A stretch of DNA of 64,000 bases from Octopus sinensis (Eukaryota). Under the pieces are notes generated by a model. It searched no databases. It was given only the letters and a program-made list of their open reading frames with translations, and had not been told where the DNA came from. The position numbers and the translations under genes are program-made. This document shows positions 1 through 12,960 of this stretch, piece after piece. Each line of letters starts with the position of its first letter. Position 1 is the stretch's first letter. The DNA lies in contig NC_043005.1 of NCBI RefSeq assembly GCF_006345805.1, positions 18,352,001 to 18,416,000 on the forward strand, written 5' to 3'.

Positions 1-429
1 CGGTTTTAATCATTCATCGAATGCGTCAAAAATATTCCCTCCTAGCTTATATTTGTTTTACGCTGTCTGATTTACTAATTCTAAAAAGTCTTGTTTTCTC
101 TCTTCAGCATTTCTTTGGCACATGTTGCAAATTGAATCTCATATGAAATCCTCTAGTTTATGTATGTTCTGTCTGTATTATAGTATTTCTACCTGTTAAC
201 CATCTGCAGCCTACACCTTTAGGCCAATTACGTACAAAATGTAGTAGATTATCCTCATGCACCCCATATATTCGAACGCTGGCGGGTTTCCCATAAAGGT
301 TGAATATGTTAACGCCTGGTACAAAATAAAAGGCAGGGAGAAAGCTGTCTTTTTGGAATATCCTTCCTACAATAATCGGCTTCGTTTTTAGAGTTCACCC
401 GTTTTATGTATTACTACAAAATAAATTAT

Positions 430-637
430 TCTTTACTCTTTACTCTTTTACTTGTTTCAGTCATTTGACTGCGGCCATGCTGAAGCACCGCCTTTTTTAG
501 TCGAGCAAATAGACCCCAGGACTTATTCTTTGTAAGCCTAGTACTTATTCTATCGGTCTCTTTTTGCCGAACCGCTAACGGGGACGTAAACACACCAACA
601 TCTGTTGTCAAGCGATGATGGGGGGACAAACAAACAA

Positions 638-690
<53 letters not shown>

Positions 691-840
691 CGATAGGCTT
701 CTTTCAGTTTCCGTCAACCAAATCCACTCACAAGGCTTTGGTCGGCCCGATGCTATAGTAGAAGACACTTGACCAAGGTCTGAACCCGGAACCGCGTGGT
801 TGGTAAGCAAACTACCTACCACACATCCACTCCTGCGCCT
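430..840 (-). mobile_element. tRNA-derived SINE, family A (CORE-like centre, internal (TA)/(TG)n, (AGTAAAAG)n tail)
   Basis: Reverse complement reads GGCGCAGGAGTGGATGTGTGG (A box)...CCGGGTTCAG (B box-like)...CTTGGTCAAGTGTCTTC...GAAACAAGTAAAAGAGT; collinear with the other family A copies in the window. Confidence 0.9.
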
Positions 841-3800
841 AATACAAATTGTTACTTTTACTTTACAATATGTTTAACACCCTGCTTATTACTGCAAAAG
901 CCTTCAAGAACCATGTATGTGGATTCTTTTAAACAACTTCCGGTAGTCACCCATGGAAAACTCGTACGCATCGATTTACTGCTACGTTGTTCTCTCTCTC
1001 ATGACTTTACTGAGAAATTATTGATCTTCGCAGTCATACAAACCATTGTGACATCCTTTGTGTTCTCCCTGAAACAGCTTTATTATTTCGTAGCTAATAA
1101 TTTAACTCTGTGATATTATTGCTAAATCTTTATCATATTATTGTTAAATCTTTAGAATATACAGACAAATAGATTATGAAGCTGTGTTTTGATTTGCTGT
1201 GTTTTTCTGACAATCATCATACTAGCCTCGATGAGTCGTCCAAAAGTTTCGATTACAACGACATCCGATCGTTATTTCGGTCAGTTATTAAATATTTCGC
1301 ATACACATTTATCTATGCTAGGGAAATATTTCATTCAGAGGTTTTCAAATTACAGAAGTATCAATTATAGTCAGTTTAAAGAAAAGCACTGCTCAATCTC
1401 AAGGCACTTACAACTGCACTTCGTTATGTAATCAACGCACGTAATACTAATAATCGAACGTAAATAACTATAACGTCTCGTTTGGCTTCGTATAAAGTAG
1501 ACAGCCTGGTGGAGCAGATGGTTTGGAACCAAATATAGTGAGGATGATAAAAGATAATGTACATTATTTAAAAGGTTGGGCATAGATGGGAGCAAAACTA
1601 TGAGTGTGTGTGTATGGGGAGGGTATCCAGAAGGAAAATGAATACCTTAGGATAGTAAAAAAACAACATTTAAAATTTATTTCAGCCGCAGGAAAATTGT
1701 GTATAACATCAAGATATTAATAGCGCCAGCTATGATATGTGTATTTGTGGTACTGGACTGGGGAGTAACAAATACAGACCCTATAGAATATTAAACAAGA
1801 GACCCGTTAAATACAACACATGTTACAAAGTATGTGTACCATCTAAATGACTCGACATCCGTCCCTGAAAGAGAGGAAGTTAGGAACTATTGTCAAGAAG
1901 GCAATCATTAATGTTGTCTAGCTTTGACAAAGGTATGATTATGATTAGGTAACAAATAGGTTGTATCAGCAGCAGCAACATTCTCACACGACATTGAACA
2001 TTTAAGAGCCTGAACTTATAGGAACACCCAGAGCTTAACGATGGCATGTAGGTCAAACATAGGAAATTACTACAAGGGAATAACGTTACATAGCCAATAC
2101 TTTCGTGAACTCCATATTATATCGAAAAGGAAAACACTACCTCTACCCTCGTTGTTTATATCCAACCCCAATGGAGCAACAGAATCAGCAGCATCACCTA
2201 TACAAAGGCAATCCACCACCGTTACATACCTTTGAAGAGATATCTGCAAAAAATATGATATCTATAACAAATGTCTTTAGGGAACATTTCTTGGAGTGAT
2301 ACATTACACTTGATCCCACAAAATGTATTAGGAGACGAAATATGTTAGCAAAACTGTTCTACATACATCTAGGCATTAGATTTCAGGTGCCGCTAGAAAA
2401 AAGCTTTCTTAAATTTAAATGAACCATTCCTTGTCTTAGGAAATGGCTACGCGAAAATACTACGGATCTCTAGCAAACAGAGAGACTACTGATATATAAT
2501 GTGCCTTGATATTTGCTGCTACGACAAATGAGAATGTTACTGACTTAACGTTTGAACTAAAAATATAATAGAAGTTGAGGGATGTATCTATCATATTTTC
2601 TGTAATTGACACAAGAGGATTAAGGCAAAATTATTTCTGAAAAGACTTCGACATTGACAAATTACCTGTAAAGTTAAATATACAGAAAATACTGACACTT
2701 AGATATGTAAAGCTTGTTACAGTATCCTTACACAGAATTTGTTAATCTTAGGTATTTTTGTTAACTTTTATCCTTAAATGTACGCCCATGTCAACCTTGA
2801 ACACTTTCGTTGATTGTAACTGTCTCAATAGATTTTTTTCCGATGAACATTTTTGATAACATAAAAAGAAAAACATTTTGTCATTGAAAACTTCAATGGC
2901 CCTCCTCCCAAAAGTATCAAATTCTTTCTCCATACTCTTGGTGTATAATTTCAAAGTTCTACGTAGAGAAAAGATTCGGTTAATGGAAGCCGAAAGCATC
3001 GCCCCTAGCCTGAAAAGCCGACATTGGCTGGATTAGCGAATGAGTTGGTTGAAAGTTAAGGAAGTGACCATGAGTAAACAATGATGAGGAGCCATGAAGA
3101 GGCAGACTGAATAAAGTCGATAATTTTTATCAAAGAAATAGTGACATAAAATGTAGTAAATTGTAGTCAGTGAACAAATTAAAAGAGGGGAAGTGACTAT
3201 GTCTTCAATGGAAAGCAAGAAGGTTTTCTGAGGTAAAGGCACATGGTGTTAGGCACAAGTGGACGAAACCTGTTTGACACGTACGTGTGACATTAGCTGG
3301 TATAGCAAGGGAAATACAGGCCGTTGGTAAAATATTGGCCTAAAAACGTGCACTGTTCTGAGCAAATAAATGCACGAAACTTTCATTTCATGCAATGTAG
3401 AATAGAGTGGATAACAAACCTAACTTTCATCAATATGAATCAATCAGAAAATTTTCGCTACTGTCAGCTATATCGACTTGGCAACTTTTCTCAAGGTAAC
3501 CGGTTCCAGTTCCTTGTTTCATTCAGCAATGGAATTTGTTGGGTTTTCAGATCAAATATCCACTTATGGAAACTATTCATAATCACGTGTTTGATTTCTA
3601 AAAGTCTCCTATCCTATATTCTTCGTTCTGTGAGATAGATGCTGACTTTCACATCTTTCTTTTTGAACTGGAGTAGTTACCATCTGAACTGTGACGTCAA
3701 CATAATAATGATGTCCAGCACTATGATAGCTGATGTGATCGGTATCGTTCGAAAACTTATGCCTTAGGTCATTGGATAGACAAACGAGATGAAAAAAACA

Positions 3801-4763
3801 AACAAAAAAAACTAGCGGTCTGGTTTGCTTCGAACTCCCGAGTGGATGTCCTAGCTGAAGCCAACCAGAGCCCTAACGAAACATGATGTGTTCTTATATT
3901 TATTAATTTAGTTCACATTTCTCGAAGTGACTTATTTTTTTGCAAGAAAATGACTCCATATTGAATTTGATTGTAGCCCATTTTATTTCTGAAAATAAAA
4001 TAATTAACCCTCTTAATTTCAAAATATGAACTTCTAGTTCGAATCCAGTCCAGGATAATATCGATATTGATAAAAAAAGTTGCTGAGAATAATCGGAGAT
4101 CGAAACACCGTGTGAAATGGATATTACGTAAATATATAGATTTTGAAGATTAGGCTAATCTTTATGATAACAAGAACTCAACTCAAATGTTTACAGATTT
4201 AATCAATTTTGAAGGACTTAAGGCGTATTGCGAACGAACGACCAGCTTTTTGTGAAGGGCGTTTTCAATAGCCTAAACTAATATATTAAAAAAAAAAGGA
4301 AATGAAACATTAATAACAACAATTGTAAGAGTACATACTAACATAGCGAATCACACTTTCAATGAAATAAATAAATTATCGGTAAAATAAAAAAAAGAAA
4401 TACCAATGAAAACACCATCTCAAATGTAATTATATTTAAAACTTATGAAGTAAAAACGTGATTTATATCGTTTTTAGAAGATTTCCAGATCAGAGAGGAA
4501 AATGAAAAATCGATCGCTTCTTTTCAGAAATCTTCTAATAACACATAAACATTATCTTTGATATATTGGTATGTTTGGAAACGTGCAGCCATCATCTTAA
4601 ATGCTTACCCAACACAAACCAAGCCAACCCACCAAACAGATACCAACACGGCATCCAAATAATGGTGTTAACAGGCTATGTCTTTGTCAAATTACGAAGT
4701 GCCAATATAGAAAACGACCAAGAGGGTAATGTGATTGGGTATTTGATTTCACACACACACACA

Positions 4764-4819
<56 letters not shown>

Positions 4820-4934
4820 GCACACAAACATATACACACTCGTATCCATTTATACTTATTCATATATTTCTATTTTTCTTTCTGAAATTCATTACGCATA
4901 TATATACATATATATATATATACATATATATTAT

Positions 4935-4970
<36 letters not shown>

Positions 4971-5201
4971 TATATATATATATATATATATTGTGGTTGT
5001 GTGCTGTGTGTGTGTGGGTGTGTATGTATATATCATGCGATAGAGAGGGGAAAGAAACGTAGGAATTGATAGATATGTATACACACACACAGATATACCT
5101 ACATGCATATGCACATATACATCCATCTGTATATATATATATTTATTTATATATACACACGTTACATGCATATACAAATTTACACGTTGTATATATATAT
5201 A

Positions 5202-5247
<46 letters not shown>

Positions 5248-5278
5248 TATACATGTATATATACATATATAGATATAT

Positions 5279-5309
<31 letters not shown>

Positions 5310-5944
5310 TATAATATATATACATCTATATAATATATATATATGTATATGTCTATGTGCATATATACTCAGGCATGTGTCTTTGTGCCCGCAGTTGTGT
5401 CTGTGCACAAAAAATACATCCATATTTTAGTCATGTAAGATTACCAAACATCAGGTAATGGTATCTCTCCCTCTCCAACAGCAATAACTGACAAAATATA
5501 TTCTCATTCATGTTTGCTTTAAGCAGCAGGCTTTCGGAAATTTCTAGAAACGATCTACAATATCCATATTGTCGTTGTCCATACTAATGGCAGAATTCTT
5601 TCGATTATATTATGAAGTTTTCTAAAGAAACGATCTTTCTGAAAAATCGAGGCGTTCTAAGATAATTTATAATGTTCAATGGCGAAAAGGAAAAAGAAAG
5701 AAAAAGATCATTACATTACCTAATATAAGATGTTTGTATTATATGGTATCTAATATATATATATATACACACACACATATATATGTATGTACATCTACAT
5801 CTCTCTCTCCCTATCTACCTTTATATATATTATATATATATATATATAATATATATATGTATATATATATGTAGGAGTGGCTGTGTGGTATATATGTATA
5901 TATATATGCAGGAGTGGCTGAGTGGCATATATGTATATATATAT

Positions 5945-6342
5945 GCAGGAGTGGCTGTGTGGTAAGTAGCCTTCTTTACTAACCACATAGTTCCGGGTTC
6001 AGTCCCACTGCGTGGCAACTTGGGCAAGAGCCTCGGGCCGACGAAAACCTTGTGAGTGAATTTGGTAGACGGAAACTGAAAGAAGCCCGTTGTATATATG
6101 TATATATATATGCGTGTGTGTGTTTGTGTGTCAGTGTTTGTCCCCCTAGCATTGCTTGACAACCGATGCTGGTGTGTTTATGTCCCCGTTATTTAGCGGT
6201 TCGGCAAAAGAGACCTATAGAATAAGTACTGGTCTTACAAAATAATAAGTTCCGGGGTCGAGTTTCTCGATTAAAGGCGGTGCTCCAGCATGGCCGCAGT
6301 CAAATGACTGAAACAGTAAAAGAGTAAAAGAGAGTAAAGAGT
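5945..6342 (+). mobile_element. SINE family A, preceded by two extra copies of its 5' 20 nt
   Basis: GCAGGAGTGGCTGTGTGGTAAG...GGTTCAGTCCC...tail AGTAAAAGAG; extra heads at 5871-5890 and 5908-5927. Confidence 0.9.
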
Positions 6343-6376
<34 letters not shown>

Positions 6377-6406
6377 ATATATATATATATATATACATGT
6401 ATATAT

Positions 6407-6552
6407 ATTGTATAGAGGTCATTTATGTGTAATAATGCCCTCTATACAATGTAAATTATTTTCGAATTTTTTCTCTTATGAGGTTTTTCACGCTAACTAA
6501 CTGATAATTCTGTTAAGATTCCTTATTAAGAAGTTATCCTTAATTGTTAAAT
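6407..6552. mobile_element. Terminal fragment of (TA)n-associated foldback superfamily with 12-bp inverted 5' arm
   Basis: ATTGTATAGAGG (6407-6418) / CCTCTATACAAT (6439-6450); body TTTTTCACGCTAACTA-CTGATAATT...ATCCTTAATTGTTAAA shared with 28885-29030. Confidence 0.6.
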
Positions 6553-6553
6553 A

Positions 6554-6615
<62 letters not shown>

Positions 6616-6978
6616 TATATAAACTTAATAAACTTAGAACCTAGATATGTTTCGACCAAGATTAGTCCAGGCCATGTCTACATAATAGCACCACCTGATA
6701 GGATTATTCGAATCATGTTTAAGTCAAGTTTTGTTTATAGTCCATTCAAGTAGTGAGTTCTTGTTGGGTGAGTGTTTCCAATTATGGGTGGCTTATCTGG
6801 GATTCTTAAATGCTTACCCGACACAACACCAAGCAACACACCAAACAGATACCAACACGGCAATCAACTAACATAGAAGAGGATTGTGCCAAACTGGATA
6901 TATCACGTGCCACAAGAGTTATAGAGAATATAAAAAACATAAGATGATTACGAGTAAGTATGGTATTACTATCATTAG

Positions 6979-7035
<57 letters not shown>

Positions 7036-7104
7036 TATATATATATATATATATATACTATATATATATGTATATCGTATATATAATATATATATATATG
7101 TATA

Positions 7105-7173
<69 letters not shown>

Positions 7174-7553
7174 ATATATGTATAATATATATATATATAT
7201 AATATATATATATATATGATTATATATAGTATGTGTATATATATATATATATATTATATATATTATATATAATATATATATTATATTAAATTAGAGACAA
7301 AACTACTATTAGGCAAATCAAACAATGAAAAACTTAAGCCAATATATAATATTATTTAATTTATATTATTTAAATATATAACAAAATTATTAAAAAAATA
7401 TAATTAATATCACACTAATATATAATATATATATAGATTATAGGAAAAGAGAGAGAAATAGAGACATCTATAGACAGAAAGAGATGTAAATATACACACA
7501 TATACATGTGTATGTGCATATATATATATATATAGATATATATATATATTATA

Positions 7554-7584
<31 letters not shown>

Positions 7585-7635
7585 TATATATATATATATG
7601 TATATATAATATATATGTGTGTGTATGTATATATG

Positions 7636-7679
<44 letters not shown>

Positions 7680-7688
7680 TACAATATA

Positions 7689-7750
<62 letters not shown>

Positions 7751-8223
7751 ATAATATATATATATATTAATATATTATATATATAATATAATATATATAC
7801 TTATATATGTATATATTTATATATACGTGTGTGTGCGTGAAAGACAAAAATTCGAATCAGGTAATGCTAAAAATATTGGTTTAAAAATTTGGCACGAGGG
7901 TAGTAATTTCGGGGTAATGGGTTAATCAGTTGCATGAATGCCGCGTGGTCACCTGGCATTTATTTTATCATAGCATATTTTATAACAGTATGTAAATATT
8001 GGCTGAAAAATCCCTTTAGTATAGAAAAAGTTGAAAGCTGCCTGTAGGACTTCAACCGACATCTCAGTAAACATGATAGACTTTTACCCAGCCGACCGAA
8101 AAGAATATTTGTACTTGTCTTAGAGTATTTATATTTGTTTTAGAAATTTCTTCTGATCAGCCAAAATTGAATGTTGTGGACGCCATTGGGAATTTAGAAC
8201 CTTCGATAAACATACAATATAAC

Positions 8224-8266
<43 letters not shown>

Positions 8267-8528
8267 AAACACACACAAAGACGCAAACGCACCCGCACCC
8301 AAGCACACACATACACATTCGGACAAACATACACACACACGCACACATGCTTGTGTGTGTGTATGTGTGTCTATATATATATGCATATATATATTATGAA
8401 AATGTGTGTGTATGTATGTATGTATGTATGTATGTATGTATGTATTGTATAATGATAGAGGATAAAACGTTAAAAAATTTATCAATCGCCAGCATATAAA
8501 AGGGAACCTATTAATGTGAAATTCTATG

Positions 8529-8662
8529 TATAATTATAAGGGCTTAGAAAAAATTTTTCTAGCCGATATGTTGAGAAATACACGCTAAATCCTCTCACCA
8601 GAAACGATTTAGCGTCTATTTCTCAGCATATAGGCTTTTCCTAAACCCTTATTATAATTATA
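8529..8662. mobile_element. Imperfect foldback (about 60-bp arms), same superfamily
   Basis: TATAATTATAAGGG...ACGCTAAATC / GATTTAGCGT...CCCTTATTATAATTATA; upstream GCCAGCATATAAAA block also seen near 55735 and 20450. Confidence 0.65.
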
Positions 8663-8713
8663 GATATGTGTATATGTATAGATCTATTCTATTATTTTTC
8701 TTAATATTATAAT

Positions 8714-9321
8714 AGGCGTAGGAGTGTCTGTGTGGTAAGTAGCTTGCTTCCCAACCACATGGTTCCGGGTTCAGTCCCACTGCGTGGCACCTTGAGCAAG
8801 TGTCTTCTACTATAGCCTCGGGCCGACCAAAGCCTTGTGTGTGGATTTTGTAGACGGAAACTGAAAGAAGCCCGTCGTATATATGTATGTATATATATAT
8901 ATATATAATATATTATATGTATATATATATTATATATATATATATATAAGAAATATTGAGTTCTAAATCTCTCGTAGAGAGGTGTACGGTGGTGGAGCGA
9001 TATAATGGTTGTATACTGTCAATCTAACAAGAACGTGACAGTAGGGGGTACACCACCGTTATATAGCCCTAGGAGGCATCGAACGCCTCCTGACAGCTCG
9101 ACACATTTTATCCTGTGTCCTTATATACACATACGAGGGGAGACAGTTGGGGAGACAGTTGGGGAGACAGTTGGGGGTGTTTGTCTCCCCTTCGTATGTG
9201 TATATAAGGACACAGGATAAAATGTGTCGAGCTGTCAGGAGGCGTTCGATGCCTCCTAGGGCTATATAACGGTGGTGTACCCCCTACTGTCACGTTCTTG
9301 TTAGATTGACAGTATAAAACC

Positions 9322-9366
<45 letters not shown>

Positions 9367-9560
9367 CTGTGTATATATGTTTGTGTGTCTGTGTTTGTCC
9401 CCCCAACATCGCTTGATAACCGATGCTGGTGCGTTTACATCCCCGTAACTTAGCGGTTCAGCAAAAGAGACCGCTAGAATAAGTACTAGGCTTACAAAGA
9501 ATAAGTCCTGGCGGTACTTCAGCATGGCCATAGTCAAATGACAGAAACAAGTAAAAGAAT
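8714..9560 (+). mobile_element. SINE family A split by an insertion in its internal (TA)n
   Basis: 5' half 8714-8880 and 3' half 9360-9560 both collinear with other family A copies. Confidence 0.85.
8948..9327. mobile_element. Near-perfect palindromic insert (about 145-bp arms) inside (TA)n
   Basis: 9001-9145 vs 9182-9327 differ by 1 substitution and 1 indel; tip holds 3x GGGGAGACAGTT; 53-bp unique leader at 8948-9000. Confidence 0.85.
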
Positions 9561-9976
9561 ATTTGTATCCCGATTATTTCGACTATGTCCGAACACTAGT
9601 TTCGTAGTTGTTACTACTTTACTGCTTCTGTAGCTTTTAGTCGGTCTTTGATGAATAATAAAGCTTGATGCCGCTGCACTCAGTCGCATTCTCTACTATA
9701 TCTAGGCTTTACTTGAATATATTTATTTCCACACTTCATGTAGGTTTCTAAATTTCGCTGAATATTAAAAGAATGCGGTATTTTGAAGCCTAAAGCTGTT
9801 GCAGAATTTGGTCCTGACTTTGGACAGAAAGCATGAGATATTTGGAACCATATAAATTCAGGGACTGGATAGACCTGATTATCGAAGTTTATTACTACCC
9901 CTTCAGGAGCTGTCCATATATAACTATACATAGATATGTATGTATACATGCATGCGCTCGCACACACACACACATA

Positions 9977-10039
<63 letters not shown>

Positions 10040-10054
10040 ACACACACATACTCG

Positions 10055-10335
10055 TAAAATTATTCGAAATGAGATCATTCGAGAACGGGGTAGAGTGAAG
10101 GTTGTGAACGCAGAATATTGAAAGCATAAACTCAACTGGTTCGGATATGTTAAAATGTTCACAAATTGCCGAATGGTATCCCAGAGATCGGAAAAGGTCA
10201 TTTCGAAGGCCTCCATGATGGTGGGAAGACAATTTATTAAGCAATTTGTGTTAAGCCGGAAAAGAACAGGGCAATTAAAATAGAATTCGAAGTCCATAGT
10301 AACCAGCAATGCCTACCAGCATTTGGTGGTCGGGT
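10055..10335 (+). pseudogene. Decayed RTE-type LINE 3' end (C-terminal RT tail)
   Basis: Reads IRNEIIRERGRVKVV...KLNWFGYV...EWYPRDRKRSFRRPP*WWED with stops and frameshifts, the typical RTE C-terminal pattern. Confidence 0.5.
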
Positions 10336-10492
10336 CGATGCGATGATGCAGGTGATATATATATATATTATATATATATATATATATACATATTATTTAT
10401 TTATATAAAGATAAGATCGATATTTAAAATACCGATCTTATCAGGTAGCCAACATGGCAATAAAAACCTCAAATGTAATAATTATTCTTAAA

Positions 10493-10861
10493 ATTATAAT
10501 TAAGGGTATCTAAAAGATACCAACCATGCTAGATATAGCAGCCAAAATATGACTCTAAAACCACATTAAATGTTCATACAGCACCAGGAGAGAAGACAAA
10601 ATAAACTAGCAAAAAAAGAAATTACTAGATAATTCCAGTATACCTATATATAGTTATATATGGACAGTTCCTGAAGGAGTAGTAACAAACTTCGAAATCA
10701 GGTAACTGGAATTATCCAGTAATTTTTTTATTTTTGCTCGTTTATTTTCTCTCATTGTCTTCTCTCCTGGTGCTGTATGGACATTTAATGTGGTCTTAGT
10801 GTCAAGTTTTGGCTGCTATATCTAGCATGGTTGGTATCTCTTAGATACCCTGAATTATAAT
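10493..10861. mobile_element. Foldback element, about 150-bp arms, hammerhead-like motif in spacer
   Basis: Arms 10493-10639 / 10705-10861; spacer ends CAGTT-CCTGAAGGAGTAGTAACAAACTTC-GAAA-TCAGGTA-ACTG; spacer recurs inverted at about 9870-9935. Confidence 0.75.
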
Positions 10862-10889
10862 TTTATACATATATATATATATATCAGAA

Positions 10890-11710
10890 GAGTGTATAAT
10901 TATGAATAAATCACAATTATAATGGAGAGGGTTGTAAAATCTCTAACATATCTAGAAAGAGCAGAACCGTTTATAAGAACCGTTATAAAGTCACTATAAA
11001 CACTCATAGTATATCCCTTCAAATTATAACCCGCTCTATTATAATTGTGATTTATTCATAATTATACACTCTCCTTTTATGAAAATAAAATGTTTGATTG
11101 CATTTCTGGCCACTGATATATTCGTAAATGATTTTGAATGTTTTACGATATATCCTTCGCAATGTATTTTTGGATTTCTCTTTTATTATTTATTATTCAT
11201 TCATACCCAGTTTTTCTCCGTGGTTCGTTGCATTGGTCTTTAATTATAGACGCTGTGCATGACGTTCAAATTCAGAATTTTTAATGTGTAGATAGAAGCT
11301 GATATATCATTAAGCCCCAAGCTATGTTTTTTGTGTTTATTTTTACCTACAGGAATGTTTTTCTGACCAGAAGAGTCGAACCTTTTTGGCTCTTAACTTA
11401 GAAATTGCAATTATTTTTATTTTGAATTGTATATCATGAAGCTCACCGACAGCTTTTATTGTTGAAGAGATATATGAGTTGTTATAGTGGGTTTATAGCG
11501 ATTTTGACTGCTATTTCTAGACACGTAAGGGTTTTTACAACCCTCTTCGTTATAACTGTGATCTTTCACAATTATACACTCTTTTACAAAAATAAATTTT
11601 TTAATTGCATGTTTTGGCCACTTATATATTTGCAAATAATTTTGAATTGTTTAGATATATCCTTCGCAACGTATTTTTGCTTTCTCCTTATATATATATA
11701 CGATTGAAGT
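10890..11710. mobile_element. Rearranged fragments of another foldback family
   Basis: 44-bp inverted arms 10890-10933 / 11028-11071; 11463-11545 is the reverse complement of about 10930-11015; 11545-11700 parallels 11030-11170. Confidence 0.6.
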
Positions 11711-11815
11711 TTGTGTTAGCTTCATGGAGAGATGGTTTCATTCAAGTAAACACTAGTTCAATACCAAATATTTTTGGAGAATTAGTTTTCTTAAAATAAT
11801 ATATGCATATATATA

Positions 11816-11863
<48 letters not shown>

Positions 11864-11870
11864 TATGATG

Positions 11871-12247
11871 GGGCACTCCGTCGGTTACGACGATGAGGGT
11901 TCCGGTTGATCCGAATCAACGGAACAGCCTGCTCGTGAAATTAACGTGTAAGTGGCTGAGCACTCCACAGACACGTGCACCCTTAACGTAGTTCTCGGGG
12001 ATATTCAGCGTGACACAGAGAGTGACAAGGTCGGCCCTTTGAAATACAGGTACAACAGAAACAGGAAGAGTGAGAGAAAGTTGTGGTGAAAGAGTACAGC
12101 AGGGATCACCACCATCCCCTGCCGGAGCCTCGTGGAGCTTTAGGTGTTTTCGCTCAATAAACACTCACATCGCCCGGTCTGGGAATCGAAACCGCGATCC
12201 TATGACCGCGAGTCTGCTGCCCTAACCACTGGGCCATTGCGCCTCCA
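11871..12247 (-). mobile_element. tRNA-derived SINE, family C
   Basis: Reverse complement GGAGGCGCAATGGCCCAGTGG (A box)...GGTTTCGATTCCC (B box)...CGTAACCGACGGAGTGCCC; 4 other copies in window. Confidence 0.9.
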
Positions 12248-12429
12248 CCGTCACTTACAGCTGTTTCAATGAATACTCAGTGAATTGATTAAATATTAAA
12301 TTAAAATGACCTGAGCACAATATCTTTAGAGGGAAAGATATCAATGGATGTTTTATATATGTGTTTATTGTTTCATTAAAGCATCAGTCTGCTATCACTT
12401 TCCAATCTATATCTTCTTCTTCTTCTTCT

Positions 12430-12905
12430 TCTTCTTCTTCTCCTTCTTCTTCTTCTTTCCTTCTGTTGCTCTCCGCCGTTGTTGGAGGTGCGGTTTCTTT
12501 TTTCGGATACTAGCGATTCTTGAAGCCTTTCTGGCGGCGGAGGGCATTCTACCCCAATGTGGCCTTTTTGGTAACATTTGTAGCAACGAGGGGTTCTCCT
12601 CTCCACTCTGACCCTGAGCGTTATCTCATCTACCGTAACTGTTTCTTTTATTTCCTCGAGGCCTCCGGTGGTGTTTGAACCTCTATATGCAGAGTCTGCA
12701 CCTGCCAATTTCTGTCGGCAGTGCTAGTGACTTGGAGTACCGCTATTTTATCCCCCAAGCCTAGCAATATCGCTGCCACCAGCAAGGCTACATTAATTTC
12801 TGGTGGTATACCTTCCACCCTTACTCAGGTAGCATGTCTTCCAAAGTATATGGGTAGAAGAATGACCTCATTGGTGTTCAGTTGGGGTGGGGTGGGGGCG
12901 ACTGT
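12430..12905 (-). pseudogene. L1/Tx1-type ORF1 (gag-like) fragment with CCHC zinc knuckle
   Basis: LRVRVERRTPRCYKCYQKGHIGVECP (CX2CX4HX4C); frameshifted upstream VRVEGIPPEI; bounded by (AAT)n and (GAA)n. Confidence 0.6.
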
Positions 12906-12907
12906 AA

Positions 12908-12950
<43 letters not shown>

Positions 12951-12960
<10 letters not shown>

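Noticed and set aside
1800-2990. Patches resembling a pogo-type transposase
   Set aside because: No catalytic motif or TIR could be reconstructed by eye
3726-4115. Three loose CTGA...CGAAA motifs (about 3730, 3855, 4082)
   Set aside because: Several core mismatches and poor stems; may be old Penelope 3' remnants but not supportable
6636-6690. GGCC...GGTCGAAACATATC on the minus strand
   Set aside because: CTGANGA not recognisable; plausible decayed hammerhead but too degraded to call
8140-8226. Short open stretch after a TTTTAG acceptor-like site
   Set aside because: No donor site; runs into (CA)n
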